A DNA stretch of 64,000 nucleotides from Trypanosoma brucei. Its lineage: Eukaryota. The notes below the pieces were generated by a model, which was not told the DNA's origin, searched no databases, and saw nothing but the letters and a program-made list of their open reading frames with translations. The stretch lies in assembly GCA_000002445.1 (NCBI GenBank), contig CM000208.1, forward strand, positions 544,001-608,000, read 5' to 3'. A program made the translations under genes and the position numbers. Shown here piece after piece: positions 10,304 through 20,863 of the stretch; position 1 is the stretch's first letter, and each line of letters starts with the position of its first letter.

Positions 10304-11743
10304 ATGTACCGTACAACCCCATTCCGAGCCATTTCACAATATAACTTTGGGCAGCCACCTTTATAGCAGGGATTTCGTTTCCTTTCTGTGGAACGCTCTC
10401 CTGTTGTCGCCGGCCAACTACAGGAATCAAGATCGTCAAACGGCGTACGTATTGTTTCTCATGATTTTGACGGTGCCCACACAGCAGTTGCAGTATACGT
10501 CGATGCTGGTCCGAAATACGACCCACTTGCCTGCCCCGGACTCAGTTACGTGATGCAGTATGCGCTGCAAACATCAAACACGAATAGTTCCCTCTTCCAG
10601 TTGGACCGCACAATGCGTTCCACGGGTAATGCTTATGGACATGGTGAGGTTCGTAAGCGATTCCTCACCTGGAAGGCGGAGGGCCGACGTGACATGTGGG
10701 AACGGCCATTTGAGATGATCGCTACTGGGGTGGTGGCCCCACGTTTTCACGAAAGCGATGTGGAGAGGTTCCGTGATACCATGGACAATCAACTTGAGGA
10801 ACTCCGTTGGCAGAACCCACGAGAGTACTGCACCGACGCCGTTGAAACGGTTGCCTTCTTCAAGGAACCACTTGGTTCTCCGCGCATGGTATCGACAGCG
10901 GCCAACGGGCGCTGCGACGGGAAGGCGCTTTTGAATCACTAGGCAACCCATTTTCATCCCAGAAAAGTGACTATCGCCGCAGTAAACGTACAACACGACG
11001 CGCTACTAGCGGCGTATGAGGCGCTTCCGTTTCCCCACAGTGCCGAAGCTCCGCACCATGCGGCGAGCCCTGCATCAACCCTTTCCCATAAAGGCGAAGC
11101 CCAACAGTTCCACCCCGGTCGCCACGAAGTGATCTATGAGGACCGTGCCAAAGTTATGGGAACTCTACCGGATATGAACGAGGACGTGATCGCGGCTATA
11201 GCGGTACCAACTTATGGTTGCGACGAGGATGTAAAAAAGTATGTGTTAGCGCTGGTAACGTACGAAATTTATCAAGTCACTGTTGAACGGACAACGCCAG
11301 TCGGTGCAAATCCGGTGAAGGGCGTGAAGGCGTTCTACCGTCCGTATGCGTCTACCGGTCTTATTGGGTGTACGCTTCGTGGCTCACCTGATGAGATGGA
11401 CGGTCTCCTACACCTAGCGGTTGAGAGTCTTCCAATTAGTGTGTCAGAGGCTGACGTAAAATTAGGTCGCACCCGCGCAATAGCTTCCTTCAAGCGCGCC
11501 CACTTGGAGACGATGGGTGATTACTGTGACTTTATCGGTACGTCATACTTTGATCAAAAGGGACTCATTGAAGAAATTGGAAAAGTAACAGTGGCGGATT
11601 TAGAGGTGACGCTGAACGCAACTGCCTCGGTTGCGCCCGCTGTGTACGTGATCGGCTCAACCTTTACATTTCCGAAACTGCGCAGCCTCAAAAGGGTAAA
11701 GCAGTCTGACTATTATAACTTTATTGGACGATTTGGCGGGTGA
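10304..11743 (+). pseudogene. M16 (insulinase/MPP-like) peptidase-family gene interrupted by two in-frame TAG codons (10364-10366 and 10940-10942). The zinc-binding HxxEH site is degenerate (SYVMQ).
   Basis: One frame carries ATG(10304) MYRTTPFRAISQ..., then TAG, then GVRIVSHDFDGAHTAVAVYVDAGPKYDP (M16 N-terminal domain), then KALLNH, TAG, ATHFHPRKVTIAAVNVQHDALL (M16 central conserved region), ending at TGA 11743. There is no in-frame ATG before the conserved domain unless the TAG at 10364 is read through. Confidence 0.55.
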
Positions 11744-12367
11744 CATTAAAGTGTCACAAAGGAAGAATCTCAAGGGCTTCAGCTTACTTGTTTATTTTTT
11801 CTCACATTGAAAGCGACCAGTGGTCCACGCTTGATGAATTATTGTTTTCTTGGGCGCGTTCGATTTAACCGTCCACCCTTATTTGTTCACTCAATTTTCA
11901 TGCGACTTGGATCGCCGTAGTTGTTGACTCCTTCCTCTGGCCGTCGGTTCGTTAGTACGCACAATGTCCAAGTGACTGTTTGTCTAACTAAGTTCAAATC
12001 TCTCAGTTATGGATACAAGCAAACACTTTGGTGAATCCTGTTGTATATATTTTTTGGCTCGGTATAATCACTAGTTTATTTACATCTTTCGCATCGGCAA
12101 ACTTACCGTCTCCCCCCATCTGTATATAAAGATAAACATGTGTCGACATATTTCGACATATATATTATATATTTTTCCCAAGTGTGTATTCCACGAATAT
12201 GCGGCTTTTCTTCCCTCGTCGTCCCTTATTTTGTTGTTTGTTCCCTCCCTACTAACTACCTGTGCGTTGGTTTGATTCTTTTTCATCATTGCAGGGGCGG
12301 AGGTACTCTTCGCCCTAGGAGCCCTGGTGCTGACAGCGGAAAAAGTGAAAACTCTGTTGGCTCTTTC

Positions 12368-13012
12368 ATGGTTGGAACAGTATTACGCGTATATACACAC
12401 CGCACTCGGTGCATCGGGGAACTGTGCAGTGTCGCACCATTGTGCGTTATTTTGGAACAGAGAAGACCGGGCCCTTCCTTCGGTATTAGGAGCCAAAGTA
12501 GAGAAGACAATAGTGTACATTTTCTACCTTGCGAAGGGGCAGTGGACCTATCGTTGCGGGCGCTCTCTACGATTGAAGGTCTGCGAAATTATCGTGAGCA
12601 TCGCCTTCGCCCACAGCTGCTGGTGAAGAGGGCTGAGCTGCGTCAAGCAGATGACGTTAAGACACGGTGCGACGCCTTGGGATTGCGTTATGCCGATCGC
12701 TGCATTGCCATAGCTGTCGCTCTAATATTAATTCGTAATGTTGTTCTCTTCTACTGGGTCTACTTTCTATTTGACTGGAACCTCGTGGAGCCCATCACAT
12801 ACCTGTTAGAGCGTGGTGCAGTGTGTCTGGGTTTCTTATGGTACGGTGCAACGAGCAGCGATGCTCGTTTTGAATCTTTCCGACAATTCCTCGTGTCCCG
12901 TCGGACGCAACGGCTTTATGCGCAGCACAACTTTAACGCTGGACACTGGAAGGAGTTGGTGGTGGAGGTGGAGGGGCTTGAAGAGCAGCTGCGCGGGCTG
13001 GAGACTGTTTGA
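12368..13012 (+). CDS. Hypothetical small membrane protein (214 aa from first ATG) with about 2 predicted TM helices and a C-terminal coiled coil
   Basis: ORF 12140..13012 in the track. The upstream part is AT-rich and UTR-like. Hydrophobic stretches IAIAVALILIRNVVLFYWVYFLF and GAVCLGFLWYG. No family assigned. Confidence 0.35.
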   Translation: MVGTVLRVYTHRTRCIGELCSVAPLCVILEQRRPGPSFGIRSQSREDNSVHFLPCEGAVDLSLRALSTIEGLRNYREHRLRPQLLVKRAELRQADDVKTRCDALGLRYADRCIAIAVALILIRNVVLFYWVYFLFDWNLVEPITYLLERGAVCLGFLWYGATSSDARFESFRQFLVSRRTQRLYAQHNFNAGHWKELVVEVEGLEEQLRGLETV

Positions 13013-13854
13013 AGCCTCCATCACATTGAAGGTTCGGAGGTGGACTGTCCTATCTTCTTCTTGCATTCTGCCTGTTGCACAACTTTAAGTTACAAAGAAA
13101 AGCTCATCGTGTGCTTCTTCATGTATCAATCTTACTTGCCTGTTTGTTTTGGTGCTGAGTCAGGTGGGAAACCTCCGACCTCTTGCTCACTGTTAGATCG
13201 TTTCGGTATTTCCTCGTTTCTTGCCAATTTTTCTTCTCTTTAATTCTATTTCACCTTACTGCAACCGCGAAAACGTTGCGCTTCCACTTACCCCTCAATC
13301 ATCCTGAGAGAGTGACTGGGTGGGCGGTCGACGAGTGGTTCCTCTTTCCTCTACTGCTGTTTCAGGTTGTAATGGCCAGTGTGATGAAGATGTGTGACTA
13401 AACGGTCATGATTGAGTGCTGGAATGAAGAGGGAAAGCGAAGAGTCGTACGCTTTTTTTTTTATTGGGAAGGGGGAGCCGACGGGATATATTCACTGCCG
13501 CATCGTTGTTCGTAACCTTTCCCTTCGTTGCTGGCTTTACAGTTGCAGCCGTCCCCACCAACTCACCCTAATACGATTGTGCATAGTTTCCATTGCTCTC
13601 AATGTGCTTCATTGCATTTTTCTCACCTCTATCTGTCATTAAGGAAGAAACAAAAAGAAGAAGCGCAAGAGCAACTGCACGGTTAGGTAAGTTTTCCAAC
13701 CGGTCAACTCGTAGAGGGAAGTACCGTCAGGAACGCAAGGTAGTTCACTACCTGTCGATTGCAGCACCTCTCTACGTCAGAAGTTAGTATATTTGAGCTC
13801 TGTGAGTATATATTAAATTTTTGTTGGAGCAAAGTTCTTTTGTGTAGCGTAGAA

Positions 13855-14370
13855 ATGGATGCGGAAGAGTACCTGCATATGAAGGAGCGGGAGATGATGG
13901 AAGAATATGGCGCAGTGATTTTGTCGCAACGCAACGAGATTGAACAGCTTCAGCGGCGGTGCAGCGAACTGCTGCATGAACGGAGTTTCATGAGGGCATC
14001 TGTGGCGGAGGATGTGCGTCAATTCTGTGTGGGGCACTTACAGAGGCAGCAGGCACAGCAGCAACGAGCATCGGGCCGGTTAGCAACTTCCAGTGCCTGC
14101 GTACAATCCATTCCTGTACTGCACTTACTGCAGTTTCTCCACCAGTACACATCAGGGGTTGTTCCGGTAATGGAGACGGAGAAACGCAAGCGCCCACGTG
14201 AAACCGGAACCGGTGGGATATGCCCCAATACACCACATCAGCAGAGACTCGTGCAGCGGATGATAACTCGGCGGCGCTTGTGCATACGGGAAGGTGATAG
14301 TGAGGAGTCTCTCCAGGGTATTGAAGTGCAATCGGCCGAACAACCCATCTGTGCGGATCAAGTTCATTGA
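13855..14370 (+). CDS. Hypothetical coiled-coil protein (171 aa from ATG 13855)
   Basis: ORF 13759..14370. Heptad-like Q/E/R-rich region EIEQLQRRCSELLHERSF. No recognisable domain. Confidence 0.3.
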   Translation: MDAEEYLHMKEREMMEEYGAVILSQRNEIEQLQRRCSELLHERSFMRASVAEDVRQFCVGHLQRQQAQQQRASGRLATSSACVQSIPVLHLLQFLHQYTSGVVPVMETEKRKRPRETGTGGICPNTPHQQRLVQRMITRRRLCIREGDSEESLQGIEVQSAEQPICADQVH

Positions 14371-15407
14371 CTCTCTCGTTCAAGTAGAAGCTGAGAAGTA
14401 TTTGAAGGGAAGGGAATAGACGCGCATATTAAAGCTGCGCTCTCTTTCATTTCCATTTTTCCTTTGGTGATTGCCACCTGCAGGTTGCTAAGCAACAACC
14501 GAGAAATGAGAGGGAAAGGGATGGGAAAGGAACGAAAGGAAAGGAAAAGAAAAGGAGGTGGGAAAAAGGCAGAGTTGAAGTCAAGTGAAGAGAACAGAAC
14601 GTGAAGTGAAGGAGGATTGAGAGTGTAAAGGATGCTTCATCCCTCTGTTTGGTCAGATGCCGCTGTGAAGGTATTGGTGATTAGAGAGGGATGAGTAAAT
14701 GTACGCAGAGGAAGAAGGGTTTACCAGTGAGGGGAGCATTATCAAATAGTATGTATGTATACACGTATGCATATGTATTATACACGCAAGAGGAAAGGTG
14801 AGGGTTTAAGTTGTGTGGAAACAGAGGAAAGAAAAACAGTAGAAGCGTACTAAGGGGGAAAAAGTGCAAGAGCAATCTGATCGCATTCTTTTCTGTGTGT
14901 ATGTGTGCCTACATTTCAGAGTTACCTCCAACTTCTACGTTTGTATTCTCGATTCAGTTGGGTTTGCATACAGGACTCTGCTTTGGAGGCAGCGATCACC
15001 GATCATAATGTCCATTACTTTGTTTGTTGACTTTATTTATTTTATTTTTCGTTTCCTCTCAACACACCACTGTAACCTTTCTTTCACGTGGGGTCGGCGC
15101 GACGATCTCCGCTTTGACACGGCTCCCGTTCTCTCTTCACAGGCGCGCGGAAGGATAGAGGCCGAGTTTAAACAAAAACCTCTTTTATTAATATCATGAT
15201 GAAAAGGGGGGGGCGACGCGAGATGCGCCCCAACAAGTACATAGGTATATTACTAGTTTTACAACTCAACTATTCTCTTTGCCGTATTTCGACTGATTTT
15301 TTTATTCATAACACTGCCTGACTAATCTACCCACCACTGTCAACTTCTCCTTTCGCGCTGCATGATGGGCTAGTTATACATAATAGTGCCGAAAAGCGGT
15401 GGGCAAC

Positions 15408-16832
15408 ATGTCTTGCGGTGGCGCATGGGAGGCGCTCATTGACAGAGCTGCGATGGAGGTGTCAAAGTTCCTTTCCGCAACAAAAGATGCATTTCATCAG
15501 GACTCCCCTACCGCTGAGTGGATGCTCAATTTGCTAGACGACAATGCCCTGAGGGATGTTGTCATGGAGCGCAATTTTAACGCCCTTTGCGGAATGGTGG
15601 GCTGCGCAGCTATGCCACCAGCTGCGGTGGGAAGGGTTGAGGGGCAACTGCGGCAGGAGGCGATAGGGACGGGAAAAAATATATTGAATAGAAACGATGA
15701 AGAAGACACCGTCTCGGATGGTGAGGATGATGGTGGTGACGCTGCCGATGCGTTCCGTCGGTACGAAAAGTATCGCGAACAGATTTGCGCGGGCAGGGAA
15801 GCGGCAACGGCGTTGAGTGGCGTCGACATGACCAAGTGTTTCTGCTCTCCCGATTGCGCGGAGCAGTTTGCCGCGATGCTGGCTAAGGTGCCGAGGACAT
15901 TAGTGTACTCTCGGGAGGGTTTAGTTAATTCCGTCGGTGGATTGTTTCCAAACATGCAGTTTTCCGTGTTGCAGCAGTTAGCGGGAGCGGAGGCCACGGT
16001 GGTGCCTGATATACGAGAAAAGGAGGTTGTTGAGGGTCAAGAAAAGAAACTTGACCTGCCTATTCCCTCCATCGGGAATGAAGAAAATAAAGACCACAAA
16101 GTGAAGCTGAGGGAACTGCTGGAGAGCATTCAGGCGGTTCAGCCCGTATGGAGTCGGGGTGTGCAGGAGGTCCGGCCTTTTGACACACGAAAGGGAACTA
16201 TGCAGAAAATGCCTATTCCACTGATGGTTTACGACTGGCTGGGAACCGTATCGACGGATAAAACAAAGTCCATTTTTGCTAGCGTATGCTATAGCAACAC
16301 GAGGAAAAGCGATAGATTCCCATGCGTTGGCGGTGGACGTTCTACAAACTTGTTTGTCCGTTGTATGCAACCCGTCTTGGATGCATGCATTCGGAAAGGA
16401 AAGGAACTGTCTGAAGGGCGAGCTGCCGACGAGGGATGTGCCGAAAACCCTTGCGTGGACCCCGCACTTCAACACCAGCGGCTAACACTCTTTGTCCGGC
16501 ATGTGTTTTCCGGCGAAACATCAGCAACACTCTCACGGTTGTTGATGTACGATCAGGCCACGCTGGAACGTGCGTGGGGTGCTTGGAACTCCACAGGCCT
16601 CCTCGCAAGTCTTAGTTTTCCTTCGGCGGTACCCGGTGATTTCACCTGCGGTGGGGGGTCTCCAGCGAGGATTTATCTTGCCGTTGTTTTGACAGCAGCA
16701 GCGGCGTTATGTGCCCCTGCCATTTGGGTGGAGTGGCTTCAGGAAGACAACGGTCTTGCTGAAGTGTTGGAGGCTTTGGGATGCACAAGTGATGACTTCA
16801 TTGCATGCGTCCGCGCGTTGGTAGTCGAATGA
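15408..16832 (+). CDS. RPAP2/Rtr1-like zinc-finger protein (putative RNA polymerase II-associated CTD phosphatase family), 474 aa
   Basis: VVMERNFNALCGMVGC ... CFCSPDC resembles the Rtr1/RPAP2 zinc-finger signature (ER...CGYPLC ... FCS..C). The spacing is longer than in metazoan RPAP2. Confidence 0.5.
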   Translation: MSCGGAWEALIDRAAMEVSKFLSATKDAFHQDSPTAEWMLNLLDDNALRDVVMERNFNALCGMVGCAAMPPAAVGRVEGQLRQEAIGTGKNILNRNDEEDTVSDGEDDGGDAADAFRRYEKYREQICAGREAATALSGVDMTKCFCSPDCAEQFAAMLAKVPRTLVYSREGLVNSVGGLFPNMQFSVLQQLAGAEATVVPDIREKEVVEGQEKKLDLPIPSIGNEENKDHKVKLRELLESIQAVQPVWSRGVQEVRPFDTRKGTMQKMPIPLMVYDWLGTVSTDKTKSIFASVCYSNTRKSDRFPCVGGGRSTNLFVRCMQPVLDACIRKGKELSEGRAADEGCAENPCVDPALQHQRLTLFVRHVFSGETSATLSRLLMYDQATLERAWGAWNSTGLLASLSFPSAVPGDFTCGGGSPARIYLAVVLTAAAALCAPAIWVEWLQEDNGLAEVLEALGCTSDDFIACVRALVVE

Positions 16833-17416
16833 TAACCGCCGACAGTTGTGACGACTAAGGGAAGAAAAAGGTTATGGGACTGATGGAGGTATGATGTTGT
16901 GTGCATAGTCAAAGGTGCTGTAACTCGTCTGTGCATTTGTTCGCCGAACAACAAAACCGTACGCTCTCCTCTATGGTATTCTGTTATTACTGAAACCCCA
17001 TGAAGTGACCACTTTGCAATATTAGGCATGGTTCCTCTTCGAATTTTTCCTCTTGCGCTTGGTAGTGTACGCGTGTTCATGCTTCGACTATTATCTACGG
17101 ATGCATCTTATTTTTTTGTTTCGCTCATTCTATTTTCCCCCTTTTTTTGTGTACGTTTTTTTCATGTATGTATATTCCGAGAGATATCGGGGAAGCGCCA
17201 CGTATATCAAAGAAGGGGCGACATCTGAAGGGATCAAACAGATTTGAAGCTACGGAAGGAATACGTTTTAACAAAAAAAAGAGTGATAAGACTGAAGGGG
17301 TGATTAACAACAACTGTATAAAAAAAAGGTACATAGTACATTGTCCGTGTTATACACGAGGACGAATAGATAAATAAATATATACTTGTTTGTTTGCACT
17401 CGAAAAGGTCCAACAT

Positions 17417-18301
17417 ATGTTCCACAACAGTTACCAGTCGGGGTTTCTTTCCATTCTCTACAGCATTGGATCCCGTCCTCTGCAAATATGGGATACAAAA
17501 GTACGTAATGGCCACGTCAAACGCATTACCGATGAGGATATTCAATCGTCTGTCCTTGAGGTGGTTGGAAACAATGTGAGCACATGTTACATTACTTGCC
17601 CAGTGGATCCCAAGAAAACACTTGGTATTAAGCTTCCTTTCCTCGTGATGATCATCAAGAATCTCAAGAGATATTTCTCTTTCGAGGTGACGATTCTCGA
17701 TGACAAGGGCATTCGTCGTCGCTTCCGTGCCTCCAATTACCAAACAACAACACGGGTGAAGCCGTTTACCTGCACGATGCCGATGCGTTTGGATGAGGGG
17801 TGGAATCAGATTCAATTCAACTTAGCGGACTTCACGCGGCGTGCGTACGGTACGAATTATCTCGAAACGCTACGCGTGCAACTTCATGCGAACTGCCGCG
17901 TTCGCCGGTTGTACTTCAGTGACCGCCTCTACTCTGAGGAGGAGCTGCCACCGGAGTTTAAGTTGTTCCTCCCTATTGCACAGCAGCAGCAACAGCAACA
18001 GCAACAACAGCAACAGCAGCAACACATGCAGAAACAAGCGCCTCCTGAACCTCAACAGCAACAACATCACCAACAACAACAGGTGCATTCGGAGGCTCAC
18101 CAACAGCAACAAGCGCCCCCGGAAGCTCAACATCAACAGGCGCATTCGGAGGCTCACCAACAGCAACAGTACCAACAGCAAGTGCAGCACTCACAGTTTC
18201 AAGATGCCGCACCACCGTCCCAACAGCAGACACATGAGGAAATGCCTCAGGGTGAAGAGGAGGAACAGCAGCAACAAACGTCACCAGTAGAGGGCGCTTA
18301 G
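17417..18301 (+). CDS. CFAP20: CFAP20/BUG22 (cilia and flagella associated protein 20, DUF667) with a long Q/H-rich C-terminal extension
   Basis: Residues 1-190 ([44 protein letters not shown]...[77 protein letters not shown]) are nearly colinear with human CFAP20. Confidence 0.9.
   Translation: MFHNSYQSGFLSILYSIGSRPLQIWDTKVRNGHVKRITDEDIQSSVLEVVGNNVSTCYITCPVDPKKTLGIKLPFLVMIIKNLKRYFSFEVTILDDKGIRRRFRASNYQTTTRVKPFTCTMPMRLDEGWNQIQFNLADFTRRAYGTNYLETLRVQLHANCRVRRLYFSDRLYSEEELPPEFKLFLPIAQQQQQQQQQQQQQQHMQKQAPPEPQQQQHHQQQQVHSEAHQQQQAPPEAQHQQAHSEAHQQQQYQQQVQHSQFQDAAPPSQQQTHEEMPQGEEEEQQQQTSPVEGA
17981..18190 (+). repeat. (CAG/CAA)n trinucleotide repeat encoding polyQ, followed by an imperfect duplicated motif [16 protein letters not shown]
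   Basis: cagcagcagcaacagcaacagcaacaacagcaacagcagcaacac seen directly. It lies inside the CFAP20 C-terminal extension. Confidence 0.85.
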
Positions 18302-18338
18302 AGGGGAACATATAAAAATGGTGCGCAGACTGTTTTTT

Positions 18339-18400
18339 TTTGTGTGTGTGTGTGTTTATGCGCTCGCGTGCGAGTTTCTGTGTGTGTGTGTGTGTGCGTG
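18339..18400. repeat. (TG)n dinucleotide microsatellites, two blocks
   Basis: tgtgtgtgtgtgtgt at 18341..18356 and 18379..18397. Confidence 0.85.
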
Positions 18401-20863
18401 GAGGGAGAGATTTTTGGCGCTTCCTCATTGTTGTGTAGGCTGTGGCCGTTATTTATGGAGTGCGTTTCTGCTCCTATGTTCTTTCTTCGGTTGTTTGTTT
18501 GTTTTCGTTTTTGTTCCTCTTTTTTTCCTTCTCTCTCTACACGCACAATCTATCACTTTTACACATGCCTATACGCATGTTCTCATACCCGCACTTACAG
18601 GCAAACGAAAATAAACTAAATTCGTAAGGTGCGGCATCTAGAAGCGTTTTGTTTTCGAAAATGAAACAAACGCAGAAATAAGAAAAATGAAGAAAGAAGG
18701 TATGTAACTGTGCATGAAACAGAAGTGGAACGCGTCACACAATCACATGGAAGAGGTAGAGGAGTGAAAAGTGATTTTTTTAAAAAAAAAGAAAGGAGAG
18801 AAGAAAATAACTGTACATCTGAAATAGATGATAGAGAGAAAGAAAGAAAGAAAGAGGAAATACGAACATAAAGACCGCGTCAGATGTTGAGTGCACACCT
18901 ATGTCTGTGGGTGGAAGAGGGAAATCGAATTGAAGGGTTTCAGGTAATGCAATTGTGATCTCTCGTCCGAATTTTTCTCATTCTCATCTTCTCTTCAATC
19001 CTTTTCTACATTATTCGAAGCAGGTATCTTTCTTTAATTCTGTTTGTAGACGTGTGCGAACTCTCCCCCCTTTATTTTGCTCTAAATGTTGGGTTTATTT
19101 CCTCTTTAAGTCCGTTTGTCCTCCTCTTTTCAACCTTTTCATTTCATGACTGCATCACAACTCGCGCAATGAATGAATGCATGATGAAACTAATTGAGCA
19201 GAAGGGAAGGATGGTTAAGTATCCCATCTTTTTTATTTTTCGGTCATGATTCTTTCCTTTCCTTCCCGTTCTGCTTCGTTCGAGGTTTGACGGATGAGTG
19301 AGAAGGTGCTGAAAAGACCCAGGGTTGATGAAACGCTTTTATGGGAAACCTATTTTTTTTTTTATTTCTTCTCAGTTAAACCGAGAAGGAATAAAAAACT
19401 TGTGACGAGTCAGCGGACGGAAGGGATTGGTGTATGTAGCGTTGTCCACTCCTTGTGTGGGAGCAATTAGACATAACCGTAACACCACTACTTACACCAA
19501 TCCCGTCCGTACAAATGCACATACACACACATACACACTCACTCACATTATGATCCCATAATAAATGTATAAGATGGAAGTTATTTGTGTGTCAGATGTG
19601 GGTGTTGTCGTATATATGTATAATCCAAACTTGGGCAAAAGGGCAAAGGGGGGAGAGGAGGGAGAGCAGGAAGAAAAGGAGGTTGACGGAAGGAAGGAAT
19701 TGGCTGAAGGAGTGAATGAAGGAAATAGAAGAGAATAAACGAATCATTTATTTACATACGTGCCTGAAATGGGATTTACTTTTACCTGCATCGCATGCCA
19801 TGGAACTCTCAGCCGGTGTGACCAAGTTAACAATGTGCGTTTTGTACTTGATGGGTTACCGTGCCGTCACACCGCATTTCCAACGTTTGTTCGCATTTTC
19901 TCATTTCTAGTTTTCTTTGCTTTTCCTTTACATTTTGTGAAATTGTGTCATCACCCATGATGTGTTCGCATGCATTTGTTTTCTTTCTATCTATCTTTAA
20001 ATGATGTATATTGATGTTCCAATGTTTAAATAGTCGCCCCGCATTGGGGAATAGAGAAGAAGGGGCAGAGAAAGAAAGTGAAGGAGAAAAATGGTGGGCT
20101 ACCTTGAGTCTCACCATGTATCCGCATATTGCTACTGTGAGCATGGCGGGATATTGCCTTTTTCTTCTGTTTCCACCCCAACGAAAAAAAAAAACATATG
20201 CTCCTTCTATTTCTCTTTTTTTCCCTTTGCTTCTTGTTTTTCTTGTTGACGCGTTCCTAGACGAATCGGCTTGAATTGGACGGCTGCAGCGCAGCTTTTT
20301 AAATCGAGTAATAATAATTATATATATATATACTACTTTTCAGCTATTAGGACACGATATACGAGGTAGCAAAATTAAATAAAATTTACAGCCTACACAA
20401 ACGCATCTAACTCGCCATTGCCACCTTCTAAGGGTGAAGAGGGGGAGCGATCGTTTGCACATTTTTCAGTTAATCATTACACAGATCATAGAGAAGCTAC
20501 AGGCTAGATAGAATTTATTATCATAGTCATACGCCTCTTTGTCTTCTTTGCCAACCGCTGGCAACAAAGAGGCTTATTGAAAGCACATATATTCTCACAT
20601 AGAAAGCGAGAGCGGAGTGTGAAGTCTCTTAGCGCGGTATACCACCAGACGTGTTAGCGCAATCGCGCGTGGAAATCAACTTCTTTTCCCGCGTTTTTGA
20701 GTTTGTGAAAATAGTAAAACACACGTAAGGTACAGTATCAATTATCCACGCGTGTGTCTGTGGCGTATTTGGCGGCGGTAAAATTTATCATTTTCAGTTT
20801 GAAGCAACGGAGAACAGGGGGGAGGGGAAATTGTAATATTTCCAACAGAGGAGCGGACTATCA

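Noticed and set aside
10304-11743. Possibility that in-frame TAG codons indicate a reassigned genetic code, as in Blastocrithidia
   Set aside because: All other ORFs in the window, including the three EF-1 alpha copies, have uninterrupted frames and end at conventional stops. The EF-1 alpha protein sequence matches what I recall for T. brucei. A local pseudogene or sequencing error is far more parsimonious.
19183-19312. Possible C/D box snoRNA (atgatga at about 19183 and ctga at about 19309)
   Set aside because: The spacing of about 125 nt is too long. There is no terminal stem or D-prime/C-prime boxes. This is a chance occurrence of short motifs.
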